Shown: positions 38,802 to 51,549 of the stretch, one piece after another | Layout of the letters: each line of letters opens with the position of its first letter | Numbering within the stretch: position 1 is the stretch's first letter | Source of the DNA: Monocercomonoides exilis PA203 | Lineage: Eukaryota; Protista; Preaxostyla | NCBI GenBank assembly: GCA_001643675.2 | Contig: LSRY02000024.1 | Location: 62,001 to 126,000, forward strand | Direction of reading: 5' to 3' | Length of the DNA stretch: 64,000 bases | Program-made: the position numbers and the translations under genes | The notes under the pieces: generated by a model | What the model was told of the DNA's origin: nothing | Database searches by the model: none | Seen by the model: only the letters and a program-made list of their open reading frames with translations

Positions 38802-40237
38802 ATGAGCTTGTCAAATGATAATTCTGAAAACAGAATACAGATGATCACCAAAACAAAGAAGTTTACAAGTTTGCTCTTTTATTTGGATTGAACCATTCTG
38901 AACAAAAATTTTGTCTTTTTGAATTCCCTTTGTAGAATTGTTCGATGAACTTGAGCGTTGCAGAGACGGCGAACAAATGCAGAAAATTGAAGAGATGAAT
39001 GGATTAATTGATGAAATGAATAAAGAAGAATTAAAATCAATTTTCACAATAGAACTGTTCAATACAATCTACAGAATGATTAAAGAAAGGAGGATTTCGA
39101 TGGAAAATGTACTTGTGCTGTTGAAGCATGTTGAATATTACAAAGCGATGAAAAAAATTTATTTTTATTCTTTTGATGAATCATTATTGGGCAAAAGAAT
39201 GAGAGAGATGATAATTGATGAAAATAAAAAGAAAAAGGATGAAAATCTTTTGACTGATCTTTGTGAATGTTTTGCTTGGCTGAATGATGATGATGATATC
39301 TCAGATGAATTACGTTCAATAATTGTGCCTTGCCTTCTGAAAGCTGCCTCGAAGAAAGATGAAAACGAGGAGACTCAAAAAGAAGAGGAAGTGGCTTTAC
39401 AGGCGTTGGACAATATTGTGATGTTGGAGGTCAGATTTATTTTTTCATATATTTTTGAATAGTTTTTATTTTTTAAATTAGTTTATCGAACAAAAACTGT
39501 ATTTGAATGAGATAACAGAAATTATTAAACATCACCAGGAACATCAAAATCTGACACAGCTTGCCTATCAATCAGCTTGGCAGTTTTTAATTGACAGGTT
39601 TTTCAGAGATAAAGACTTGGAAATAGTTATTGTGAATGAACTTCATTTTCCGAGAGAGGCTGCAACAGAACTGGAAGAGCTAGTAAAGAGTATGGATTGG
39701 AAGAGAAAAGAAGAGGAAGATGGAATAATAGAAGTATTTCTTCTAAGGAGATGGGTCTATAATATTGATTATTACTTTACCTCGTGCAAATTGTGGAACG
39801 AAGAACTTGCTGGACTCATTAACAGCGTTGTTCAACTATTTCGAGATTCAAGAGATAATTATCCAGATACAAGCCATCAAAGCCTCTCTTTATTAAGAAG
39901 AGCAGCAGAAAAGAGAAATGTGAAAATTGATGCTTTTGAAAAGAAAGGTGTCATAGTTCTGTTTTTTGATGAAATGAAGCAATCAACTTTGGATGATGAT
40001 ATTTTGTGGAATTGCTTGCTTTTCTTTTTGAATATTTCAGAAAGATTGAAAGAAAAGAAGGATAGAGAAACGGACGAAACTAAACGAAAAGAGTTGAAAA
40101 GAAAGATATTTGAAAAGATGGAGGAAGATGGATTTGAAGATGTCATAGCTGGCTTTCACAAAGCATTTGATTTTCTTCACAGAATAATTTATCCAAGAAT
40201 ATCGTTAGATGTGTATGATTATTTTGTTAACGTTTAG
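38802..40237 (+). CDS. 3-exon helical (possibly ARM/HEAT-like) hypothetical protein family, copy 1; exons 38802-38868, 38936-39429, 39482-40237
   Basis: In-frame GT-AG splicing. Shared family motifs LF.ELE.C...EQ.QKI.EM, DLCECF, PCLLKAA, LAYQSAW.FL, LWNEELAGLI, EKMEEEG.ED; three paralogs in window. Confidence 0.85.
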
Positions 40238-41257
40238 TCAAATTCTTTTCAATAAAAATTGTGACTCTAAAATTATATTCTCTTTTCTTTTTTATTCATT
40301 TCACAAAATTGGAGGAAAACAAGAATTGAATTGTTATTAAAAATATTTTTCTTTCCTTTTACAAAAAAAAAAAAAAAAAAAAAGAAAAATAGAATTTCTT
40401 TTCAATAAGTTCCATCAAGAATCTTCATAAAATGGATCATTTCCATCCATCTTCATCAACAAGATTCATTTTGAGCAATGTGTTCAATTGTTCAGTTATT
40501 GCCTCTTGAATCCACTGGTCTCCTTTGCTTTTTCTCTTTCGAACTATATTATCAAACAAGAGAAGGCGAAGAAGAAGAACAAAATGTTTATTTTTAAGAA
40601 ATATAAAAAGACATCAAAGAAGAAATGCTTGTTAAAGAATCCAGTTATCAACACCTTTTGAGTAAAATAAAATAGAAATAAATCAGACGACGAAGAAGAA
40701 GAATGAAAATCTTATTCAAAAACTGCTTGGCTGAAACAAGTCAATCTCAATTGAATTTTATCTCTGTTTCTCTTTCTCTTTTGCTCATAAATCTTCATTT
40801 GAAATTCATCCAATTTTTGTCTCATTGCACTTCACTTCCATTCCATCCGTCATCTGAAAGTGACTCAATCCCAATTCATCTGAGTTGTGTGTTGCCTTCT
40901 TTGTCGAAACGAATGAAGAAGAAGAAGAAGAAGAAAAGGAAGATCACAAATGTTGAAATGAAGACAGATGCTGTGTGAATGTTTGGATGAGTGAAGGAGG
41001 GTGTGTGAGTGAAGTCGAAATGGAAGATGAGAATGAGAAGAATGAATGAAATGAATGAAGAACACACAATTTTTGTTGAATATTCTTCGTGTTCAACTGA
41101 AAATGTTGCTTCAGAACAAAATCTTTTCTCTCTTCTCTTTTCTTTTCTCTTCTTTTCATATTTGTTTTTTCACATGCTCATTTTCTTTCATCTTTCTTCT
41201 TCATATTTTCTTTTCTGAGATGAGATGAAATGAATGGAGATGCGTAGAATATTCCAA

Positions 41258-42717
41258 TTACAGACACGTTAAATATTCAGAAGCGTTTTTTGGTAATTCA
41301 TCATAACCATTTTCACTTAGAAAAGAAATCACTCCATAAAGGCTTGTTGTGATATCTTCGTGTCCTTCTTCTTCCATCTTTTCAAATATCTTCCTTTTCA
41401 ACTCTTTTCGTTTTATTTTGGTAGATTCTCCATCGGTCTTTTCTTTCAGTCTTTCCGAAATTGAAAAACAGAATCTCAAACAATGATATACCATATCGTT
41501 ATTCAATGTTGATGGGTGAATCTCCTCCAGAATAACTTCAACAGCTCTGCTCTTTAATAAGATATCTTCATGCTCAACTCCGATTCTTGCTGCAATTATT
41601 AATACACCAACGCATTCATTGCGTATGATTTGATATCTACCCCTTGCTGCTAGAAACACTTGAACAATGCTGCCGATGAGTCCAGCAAGTTCTTCGTTCC
41701 ACAATTCGCACGAGGTGAAGTAATTATCAATATTATAGAGCCATCTCCTTAAAATATCCACTTTTATTCTTCCATTTTCTTCTTCATTTCTCTTCCAATC
41801 CACATTTCTTTTCAGTTCTTCAATTTCTCTTCTTGCTTCTCTTGCGAAATGCAGTTTATTCGTAATCACTTTTTCCAAGCTTTCGCCGCTGTAATATCTG
41901 TTCATCAAAAACAGCCAGGCAGACTGATAAGCAAGTCGCGTCAGATTGTGATGTTCCTGGTTATACAGGATAATCTCTTTGATTTCATCCAAGAAAAGAT
42001 CTCCTTTAAATATCTTATTAAATATAATAATAACATAATAAATGAACCATAAACAATTCAATAAATCAATCAATAAGAAAGTCACACGTTGCGCAACCCA
42101 ATATTGCTCAAAGCCAACAAAGCCATTTCCACTTCTTTTTGAGTCTCCTCGTTTCCCTCTTTCTTCGAGGCAGCTTTCAGAAGGCAAGGCACAATTATAA
42201 AACGTAAATCATCTGAAATGAAGTAGAAATTCAGCAAAGCAAAACATTCACAAAGATCAACCAAAAGCCTTTCGTTCTTTTCTTCTTTTTTCTCTTCTTC
42301 TTTAATGATCATTTTCTGAAATCTATCACTCAATAAAGATGTACTAAATTCATAATCATAAAAGTATTTCAGTTTCTTGCAATATCCTGCATTCTTCAAC
42401 AGCAAGATTGCATTTCCCCATGATAATGTCCTTTCTTCAATCATTTTGTAAATTTTATTGAACAGTTTCCTTGTGAAAACTGTTTTGATATCTTCTTTAT
42501 TCATTTCATCAATTAATCCATTCATCTCTTCAATTTTCTGCATTTGTTCGCCTTCTCTGCAACGCTCAAGTTCATCGAACAATTCTTCAAAAAACATTCA
42601 AAATACAAAAATTTTGTTCAGAATGGTTCAAACCAAATAAAAGAACAAACTTGAAAACCTCTCAGTTCTGGTTGTCATCTGTATTCTGTTTTCAGAATTA
42701 TCATTTGACAAATTCAT
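41258..42717 (-). CDS. 3-exon helical hypothetical protein family, copy 2 (convergent with copy 1)
   Basis: Exon 1 MNLSNDNSENRIQMTTRTERFS is nearly identical to copy 1. ORFs 42082-42597 and 41258-42187 carry exons 2 and 3. Confidence 0.85.
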
Positions 42718-44312
42718 TCTGTTTGTTGCAAAAAATATTCAAAAAGAAAGGCAAAGCGTGATTAGAAACAAAATAAAAGATAAATACACACATCGTTTAT
42801 TATCTCGCAAAATAAAAAAGATTTCAATACAAACTACTTTGTTTTTTGCTTTATAAAAAGAAGTGTTAAAGATATTGCGAAGAAGTCGCAAGGATTGGCT
42901 GTATGAAGAAAGATATGGAAATTTTTTGTTGCTTTTTGATCAAACCAAAAGAAATTCAAGATGGTGAAAACGTTATGATTTTTGAATTTTTTTCGGAAAT
43001 GAAGCAGTTTTTAACAAATTTCGGAGATGTATCAATCAATAACAGCGGAATGGAATCTCTATCATTTTAAAAAAACTAACGGGCAGATAAGTTTATTGTT
43101 AAAGAGAAAATGTTATACATATTTCTGGACTTCAATTCTGACAAGAAAAAGGGCAACTGATGTTTGTATGCTCAAAAAATGCTATCTGTTTTTGACATTT
43201 ACGCATTACACTTTTGTGTAGATGATTCGTGGAACTTTAGAAGATGAAAGAATTCGACAATCAAAAAGTATTGACAATACAAAAGCATTGTGCAGTTGCT
43301 TCAAAAGAAAGCGAACTTGAAACGAACCAACAAGTTGAAAGAAAAAGGTGAAAAAGTATCAACCACAAAAGTGGCCAAAATGATTAGATAATGAACAAAA
43401 ATGAAAATCATTGTGAAGGCAAGCTCCAACGGCAAAGTTTCATCGTTTCACATATTGGTGCTAAAGCAACAAAAGAAGAATCAGACAATGACTTTTATGT
43501 TCTAAATCATTGAACACCTTATACAAAAAGAAAGTCATTTTGTGAGATTGAACGGGAAAGAAAGAAAGAGATGCCAGAAGACTCTAATCCTTGAGAGACA
43601 TCATTGAATACAGCGAGCGTTTTATGATTTTCTATAACTCTAATAAGATTGATCCGACTTCAACAGAAGGAATTTATCTCATCATATGGATTTTCTTTAA
43701 CCAAAATATGGAGATTGATAAACACATTGATTCTTGTTCTGGAAACATTGTTTGTTCCGATATTATTCCTTTTGAATAATCCAGAGAATCTTTTTAAATT
43801 CATTCTTCGATATTTCAACAGAATACAAAAACTTCAACTTTGCCATCTCCTTAATCTTACGTTTTTTTATAGGAAACACTGAATGGAATGAATGATTGTG
43901 ATGTTGAACATCTTTAGAATTTTCAGTAATGTGTGCATCCAACAAGCAATTAAAGGAGAAAAGAGAAGAGAAATTAGAAAAAAGGAAAAGTATATTTGAA
44001 AAACAATTTTATGAAAAAGGAGAAGAGATGTTTGAGAGACCAGTTTGTTGGAGGAAATCGAGGAAATTTACATTTATGGGGAATTGGAAGATCTGCAGAA
44101 ATGTGAGGATTTGAGAGAGAAAGAAGAGAGATAGAGAGAGAAAGAAGAAGAAGAGGAGGAAGAAGAGAAAGAAGAATGAGAAGAAAGAGGAAAGTGACAA
44201 AGAAAAGTATTTGGTAAAAATGAAAGAGAAGAATGCAAAGTTTGTGCTCTCGTGCTCAACTGCTACGAGATCAAAGAGAAGTTTTTTAAAAATTATTTTC
44301 AAAAACTGAATA

Positions 44313-46318
44313 GGGTAATAATTTTATCTCGACCTTTTTTTTTTATCTTGACCTTTTTTTTTAATTAATCATTAACTTTTCCCACAATTTCATATTTTTA
44401 AAGATTTTTAAGTATATATATGAATTCAACAGATAAAAATAAATACATTTTGAAACAAACCCAATTTCGCATGGGGGGGAGATGGGGGGGTTTAGCCCCT
44501 TCATTGAACTTCTGTGTGGAATTGGAGGGTTACATGGGGCATAAAACCTTTAGTTTGTTTAAAATGTTATTTTTCGATTTTTTTTCATTTCATTTCAATT
44601 AAAAAAATAAAAAATTATTATGATCTTAAAAATATTATTAAAAAAATGAAAATATCAACAGAAATAAAATTAAAAGAAGGTCAGAAAAAATTACAGAGAG
44701 CAATGTCTTCGCGCAAGTATCGAAAATACAACAGTCGGCTGGAGCGAATGGCTCACATCGTTGTTGATGGAGTTGTTCGTATAACTGATGCTATCAATTC
44801 TAAGGAATTTAGTCGCACTGGAATTAAAAATGCAGTTAGAGCGCTGAGAAAAGGAAGGCTGGTTGGAAAAATTGGCAGACCTGCAGCAGTTGTTGGCGAA
44901 AAGGAACAAAGAGTGATGGACATTATTCACATTGAAGCAAAGTCTGGAACATGTTTAACGTTAAAAAAAACAAGAGAATTGGTTTGTTTAATTTTTATTA
45001 ATATATTTTAATCATTTGTTTTTCAGATAGAAAATGTTATAAACGACAACGATGATGAAGACGCACCATTTACTGAAGTTTCAATGTCTGCTACGTACGG
45101 CTTTGTCAAGCGTCATCCGGAGCTGAAGACTGGCACGCCGAAGAATCTGGACATTAACAGACTGGCTGTTTCGTGCAGAAGTGTTTTAAAACCCTGGTAT
45201 AAAACACTCGACGAGCTTCATGAAAAGTTTCATTATAATCCAGCTTTAATTACAAATATCGAAGAATCTTCAACGCGCGTTCCCACAGACTCAAAACGGC
45301 TTGTAGTTCATACAGCAGATACAAAAGCAGGTTTTTCGAAGGAACCACAAAGAATGATAAATTCTACATTCGTGGCAGCTGTTGCAGCGGACGGATATGC
45401 CTTTCCTTCTGTCATTTTGTGGCCAAGTGCAAAGCTGCCAGAAGAGCTGAAAAGCCTGTTATTACCAACGCTTGAGATATGGGCAAATGAAAGCAGCTGG
45501 ATGGACAACGTGTGCCTTTAAAGGTATGCTCTCACCGTTCTTCTTCCTTTTGTCATCGAAAGAAGAAAGCGCATGTCACTTGAAAACGAACACATTCTTC
45601 TCCTTCTTGATTCTCATGTATCTCGCGCAGATCCATCGATTTGGCGAGAATTCCAAAAACAACAAGTCTACGTTTTAACCTTCGTGCCACACAGCACACA
45701 CCTCTGTCAACCGCTGGACAGAGGAGTGTTTGCTGTGTTCAAATCTGAACTGACAAACAGATTTGAAGCTTCACATTCCTCTCCATCTTCTTTAAAACGA
45801 GCTGCAATAACAGACGTTCTGTCTCACGCTATCCTCACTGTATTCTCTCCTTCTGTAATTCAGAAAGCTTTTGTCTGTAGTGGTGTTCTGTACAATTCTT
45901 CTGGGCCAGTTCTTTTGAAACTGCCCGAATCTTCGATTTTCCCTCTTCCATCTCGCAGAAATAGATTCAACTTTTATGGAAAAGTGATAACCGACGAAAA
46001 TCTATTAGAGAAATGGGAAAATCATTTGAAAATGAATATTGAAAGGATAAATGAAATGGATGAAAAGGAGAATGATGAAGTGAAGACTGTTGTGGATGAA
46101 AAGAAAAAAATAAAAAGAAGATTTCTTCATGTCAAAAACGATGATTCTGATGAAGAAAAGAAAGATAATGCATTAAATCGAGCTGAAGGAAAAAGGAAAG
46201 TTATCAGAAGAATTAATTCTGATTTTGTTTTCTTTTAATTATGTTGTTTTTTGAATTTTTTTCACTTCATTTTTTTGGGTCAGAATAAAGAAAAAGGGTC
46301 AAGATAAAATAGTAACCC
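44313..46318 (+). mobile_element. Full-length pogo-like (DD35D) DNA transposon with TA target duplication, probably inactive
   Basis: TA|GGGTAATAATTTTATCTCGACC ... GGTCAAGATAAAATAGTAACCC|TA TIRs enclosing a DDE_1-type transposase gene. Confidence 0.9.
44646..46238 (+). pseudogene. pogo-like DDE_1 transposase with a 45-bp intron (44982-45026), in-frame TAA (45519-45521) and first catalytic D replaced by E
   Basis: GRP motif, YGFVKRHPEL, NIEES (canonical N.DET), AVAADG, SSWMD, LLLLDSHVS and PHSTHLCQPLDRGVF, with 35 residues between D2 and D3. ORFs 45084-45521 and 45573-46238 share a frame. Confidence 0.9.
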
Positions 46319-47031
46319 TATTGAAGATTATTATATTGTTTTTCGCGTATTTATTGGTTTTTTTCCATTTCCTTGTTAATATTTCCGCTTTTCTCAATTT
46401 AAAGTGGAACATTTGTTCTTTTTTTGGATTAAAAATACTTTGCGCTTCCTTATTGAATTTTATAGCTTTTCAGAGTGGAATTATGTGGTAGAAGATTGAT
46501 TTGATTGATTAATGATTGAATAATGAATTTCTCCTTCTAATTCAGAACTTGAAGAAGCTGCTTTTTATTTTCTTCATCATCCTCTGAAAAAAGTGTAACT
46601 TTATTTAAAGCAGCCAAATAATGAAATCCTTCTTCTTTACAACACATTTCAAAAACGAAATATGCTGCCTTTAGCTTATATGGAGCAATATTCTTGCATT
46701 TATGAAAAAAACAACTGCTTGTTTCAAACTTTCTCTTCTTTCATATCATAATTAATCAAGCAATCTTCACTAAAAATTTTTGTTTGAATTGAAAATTGAA
46801 TGCGAAACCATTCTGAAGTAATTGAGTGGAACAAAATTCATAAACAATAAAATATCATCCCATACATAAGCAATAAACTTTATAAATTCAATTTGAACAT
46901 ATTTGTCAATAATACATATCTTTAGTAACAATCATTTAGTTTTTTATTTAATTTTTTTTTTGAAAAACATACCCTTAATTATATTTGTATTGTCAACGCA
47001 AATAATAAAATGCTACTGATCAAAAATCGAA

Positions 47032-48225
47032 ATGGAAAAAAAGGTGTCTGACAAGCCGAAAAGCATCGAACAGCGTAAGCAGCTGTACAGCCTGGATGGG
47101 ATCCGCGGGTTGTGCGGGATGTGCGTTGTGTTCTACCACCTGGTGGGGACTATATACCATTACCAGCCGTACACAAAGATTGTGAATCACGGATACTTGA
47201 TTGTGGACTTTTTCTATTTGATCACCGGGTTTGTGTTGGGGTATGCGTACGACAAAAAGAAAACGTCACTGTCAGCCTGGAGCTTCGTGAAGAGGCGTTT
47301 TGTGCGACTGCAACCACTGGTATTCCTCACTTCGCTGGTGCCAACGTTTTTCTTGCGGTACTTGAATGCACCTTCAATCGGGTGGGTGAATTACGGGGAT
47401 GTTCCTGTTTTGAACAGGGTGGTACTGCTGATTTTAGCTACACTTAACATTCCAGCACCGAAAAGTCTTGTGTACTCAGCAAACCCGTCGATGTTTCCTC
47501 TGAACCCGCCTCAGTGGTTTTTGGTGTTTGCATACATCGGGAACATTCTGTATATAGCGGTGCTGAGGTATTGTCGAACTTCTGTTCTTTGTATGTGTGC
47601 TGCGATATCCGCGATGTGCACTGGATACATTACTTTCACATCTGAGTTTGGGTACGTGAACGGAGGATTCCTTCTAAACGATCGGAAGATGGCGCCGTTT
47701 GGGATTGTGAGGCTGATGACACCTCTGCTGATCGGGCAGGTGATAAGCAGGGTTTATCAAAAGCAGGAAATGAAGTTGAAAGAAGAGGAAAAGAAGGGAA
47801 AGAAGAGCTCAGGGGGAATTAGATTTGCATTCTGGATTGCGAGTGCTTGCCTGATTTTGATGAGCAAAGTTCCGTATCTACGCAAGGAGGGGGAAAGCGC
47901 ATACAGAAACGCAGCGTTTGACACAGCAGCAGTGACTATTATTGAACCACTGATATTGATGGTGATCATCAACGGATGCCAGCCGAGCCAATGGGAGTGC
48001 GACTTGTTCGTGTGGATGGGAAAGATGTCGTATCCGCTTTTCCTGTGCCATCACATTTTTGTAGACTTTATGTTCTGCTGGGTGGCGAACAACAATCTTA
48101 CGTTTGACTATGTGTGGATCATGTTTGTGGGGATTATTGTGTTGAGTGTTGCTCTTGCGCATTTCTACGAGATTTACTTCAACGAACCTGTGCAGAAGTG
48201 GATATCAACACGTCTTCATGTGTAG
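47032..48225 (+). CDS. Acyltransferase family 3 (OafA/YrhL-like membrane O-acyltransferase), bacterial-like, intronless
   Basis: LDGIRG...VVFYH, NHGYLIVDFFYLITGFVLGYAYD, FVKRRFVRLQP, MFPLNPPQW, YIGNILY, MGKMSYPLFLCH, NEPVQKW; about 10 hydrophobic segments. Confidence 0.92.
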   Translation: MEKKVSDKPKSIEQRKQLYSLDGIRGLCGMCVVFYHLVGTIYHYQPYTKIVNHGYLIVDFFYLITGFVLGYAYDKKKTSLSAWSFVKRRFVRLQPLVFLTSLVPTFFLRYLNAPSIGWVNYGDVPVLNRVVLLILATLNIPAPKSLVYSANPSMFPLNPPQWFLVFAYIGNILYIAVLRYCRTSVLCMCAAISAMCTGYITFTSEFGYVNGGFLLNDRKMAPFGIVRLMTPLLIGQVISRVYQKQEMKLKEEEKKGKKSSGGIRFAFWIASACLILMSKVPYLRKEGESAYRNAAFDTAAVTIIEPLILMVIINGCQPSQWECDLFVWMGKMSYPLFLCHHIFVDFMFCWVANNNLTFDYVWIMFVGIIVLSVALAHFYEIYFNEPVQKWISTRLHV

Positions 48226-48939
48226 AGTAAGGCAAAGCATTTTTGAATGAAGTCAACAAAAATCGGGGAAAAAAATGAAATTGACTTGGAAATTATAGCG
48301 GCGATACGAATTCATTTCGAATTTTTATGTATTTATATTTTTGTTTTTTGTTTTTTGTTTTTATTAAAACAAACACATTTCCACGTTAAAGCATGAATCA
48401 ATGCTTTGACTTGAAAGTGAATTGCAAGCAATGACAAATTTAAAACTCATAAAATTTTTTTCACTTTTATTTTTTTCATAATATCTTGAAACTTTTGGAT
48501 GGTCGTTGGAAAAATAACTCCTTATTGAAAGCGGAAAGGTTTGATTTCGATTCTAAGATAGGAATGTTTTTCGTGCTGCGATATTTCAAGGAAGGAAAAC
48601 CATTTCTTCAATAAAATATCTGGAAATACAAAAAGGTTTGATTGCAAAAGAGAAATTGAAATGAAAATTACCCTTTTTGTACTTCTTTTTGCGAGACTCA
48701 CATAATTAGCTTTTTCGAAACATTGCTACTTAAATACTTGTGATATATTTTAAACTCATCTTTCAAAATAATAAGAAAATTATTTCTCTTGCATTTTAAT
48801 AAATATTCAAAAAAACAAAAAGAATCCAAATATTCAACATAAAAAAATAAGTTCGTAAACACTCCAAAATCAACGAGGAAGATAAATGAAAAAGCTAAAG
48901 TCCTAACTGTCATGATTTGTGAATATAATAATCAAAATA

Positions 48940-50555
48940 ATAAAATCCATCAAAATCAAAACTGATTTAATGAATCCAAATCTCTTTGAAACGAAAGAAA
49001 ACAGGAACAAAACCTATCAAACCAAAAGAGAGACGAAACATTTATCATTTTCACTAATTCACTTGCGGATTCTGGAATGTCTCGAGAAAATGATTGCAAA
49101 CGAGTGTCATTGGCCAGTTGCAATCCACCAAATGAAAGAAATTTTCTCAAATTGTTCAATTTAAAGCTATCAGTTTCTTTCTCATTTGACGAACAAGCTT
49201 CTGCCACTCTATCTATCTCATTCACACTCATGTGAACTTTTCCATTCTTTTTCTTTCTTCTCAGCTTTCTCTTTGCTTCAAAATCCACATGATTCCGTTT
49301 TTGCTGCATAAACATGCTGTTCAAACGCATAACCTTTTTTTCTTCCATTTTTAAAGCCTCAAACACTTTTTTCTTTCTTTTTTCTTCATTTTCATTCTTC
49401 TGAAAAGATTAAAGCAACACAAACATGAAAAGCTCAGAGAAAGAAGGGAAAAGAAGATGGTGAAAGAAACTGTGCGAAGAAAATGAAGAAAATGAAGATG
49501 ATGAAGAAAGACGAGATGAAAAAGAATCCTTCAAAGAATTCTGAGTGAAGGTGAAAGGGGAAGGAGAAGGAGGCAGTTGATGAATGCTGAATGGATACAA
49601 TGCAGACAGCTTCACAGGAAACTTGTTTGTTTGCAACATCCCCAAACACGATTTGTTAGAAGAGAAGGAAGGAGAAGAAGAAGAATTAGCAGAAAATTGA
49701 TCGAAACAGCATGAAGAGAAATAATCTTTATGTTGAAAAGCAGAAAATTCACCATTCGACTGACAATGGTTAGTTTTATTGCACATCCCTGAAACCAATT
49801 TTGAGGCTATTTCTCTTGCTGAAGAGTCAGAAAGAGAGTGGTTGTGATAGCAACAATGATGATATCGGTGACAAGATGTGTTAATGCTTTGCTCATTAAC
49901 ATTAACATTGGCGATCTGCTTGCTGCTGTTTGATGAAGAGGCAGACAAAGGCAATGAAGAAGACAACGATTGCTGTGGAGAACGAATGAACGGTGAAGAA
50001 TTGCAAGAAGAGTCAGATTGGAAGAAGCTTCGATATTTCGAAGCAGTTGAAGAAGAAGACAGATTTATCAACAGACTTTTTGAGCGAGCAGAAAGAGCTG
50101 AAGAAGCAGCAAGGGCTTTTGAAGAAGGAATGAAAGAAGAAACAGCCGGCAGATTTGAAGAAGCCAATGAAACAGAATAGCGCTTCATTGGCGAATCAAC
50201 AGCTGAAGAGTTGTTCCTCCTCTTGTTCGCATTGCTGGAATTTTCTGCAACGAAAGAGCGTCTCATTGAACTGCACTCGCTGCAATGGCATCTGATTCCA
50301 GAAAGAAAGATGGAAAGCGGATGCGAAAGAGAGGAAAGCGAGGAAAGAGAGAAAGAAGAAGGAGAAGGATGAAGAGAAAGAGGGATTGGAGGAAGATGCA
50401 GAGCAGAGGATAGAGAATTGTCGTTCGAAAAAGACGGGGAGAGAGAAGATAGAGAAGAAGAAGAAGAAGAAGAAACTTCTTTCTCTGTTAGACAGATCAG
50501 ATCATCCAAACGCGGGTGTGGAGGAATGATTCCAAGTTCAGATGCACTTTTGTGA

Positions 50556-50586
<31 letters not shown>

Positions 50587-51000
50587 AAGAAGAAGAGGAA
50601 GAGGAAGAGGAAGAAGAAGAGGAAGAAGAGGAAGAGGAAGAAGAGGAGGAGGAAGGAAGAGAAGAAAAAGGAAGAGATTTTCTTCTTGGACGTTTCGATA
50701 TCTGAGAAAGAGGCAAAGAAACAGTGGCAGAAGAAGCAGCAGAGTCGAAAGGAGAAGAAATATTTTGAAGGAGAAGAAGAGAAGGAAGAGGAAGAGGAAG
50801 AGGAAGAGGAAGAGGAAGAAGGAGTAGAAAAAGAAGAAGGAGAAGAAGAAGACGAAGACGAAGAAGAAGGAAGTGGAGGAGGAAGTGAAGGAAGAATTCT
50901 CCACCAGTCTAAAATTCAGTCTGTGCTGAAAAGGTGAGAATTCCAGAGTACACATAATGAAAATTACATCGTCAGTTTCAATCTGTTGCACTATGAAGAA
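48940..51000 (-). pseudogene. Ser-rich hypothetical gene, probably disrupted or mis-spliced
   Basis: 435-aa Ser-rich ORF (49409-50716) followed by a Lys/Arg-rich ORF (48956-49366). Stops upstream; no domain recognised. Confidence 0.4.
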
Positions 51001-51549
51001 GAATTTATTAAAATGCCTGGGACAAATAAGAAAATCTGACTTCTGAATGAAGATTAAGCGATAAAACGAAGTTGAAAAACTGCTTCTTCATTGTAGATCC
51101 GAAGTTTATATTGTTCGAGGGGAATGTTTTTATCGCAGCTCAAGCAATGGATTCAGATCAAAAGGGTTCCGCAACGAATACACAATGTCAAGCAATTGTT
51201 TCTGCGATGAGTTTGAGAAGTTTTGAAACAGAGTTTGACCATTTCCAGTCAGGAACCAAATCATAATGGTGTTGAAAAGAAGTGCAAAGGCAATAACTGC
51301 TTTTGAAGAATAGGCTGTTCAAAAGCTTATTCACTCTGAAAAAATGTGCATCGGTAACTTTGCTTATGATGAAGGTTTCATCACGTTTCATTTGCTCCAA
51401 TATTTCTCCTTTCGTTCCCTTTCTCGCTTTTGCACGAGTTCAAATTGTCATCTTCAAACGCAAAAGAATAGCCAATTTTCAATACGCATATTATCTCTCC
51501 TCCATTTTGACCTTTAAATGAAACTTTTTTTCAACTGCCTGTTTTAATG

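Noticed and set aside
43027-43945. Coding-like stretch that might be a transposase or gene remnant
   Set aside because: Only short broken ORFs and no motif I can recognise.
44471-44500. G-rich patch GGGGGGAGATGGGGGGGTTTAGCCCC in the transposon 5' region as a G-quadruplex or telomere-like signal
   Set aside because: Only two G-runs and a single occurrence; too little evidence.
45519-45521. In-frame TAA codons in both transposases (45519, and two between 28410 and 28475) as evidence for a TAR=Gln genetic code or readthrough
   Set aside because: Host genes end in TAA/TAG at expected places (Rab2 CC-TAG, acyltransferase TAG, family copies TAA/TAG), and the 12-kb ORF has no in-frame TAR. Both elements carry other lesions (frameshift, D-to-E), so simple decay explains them.
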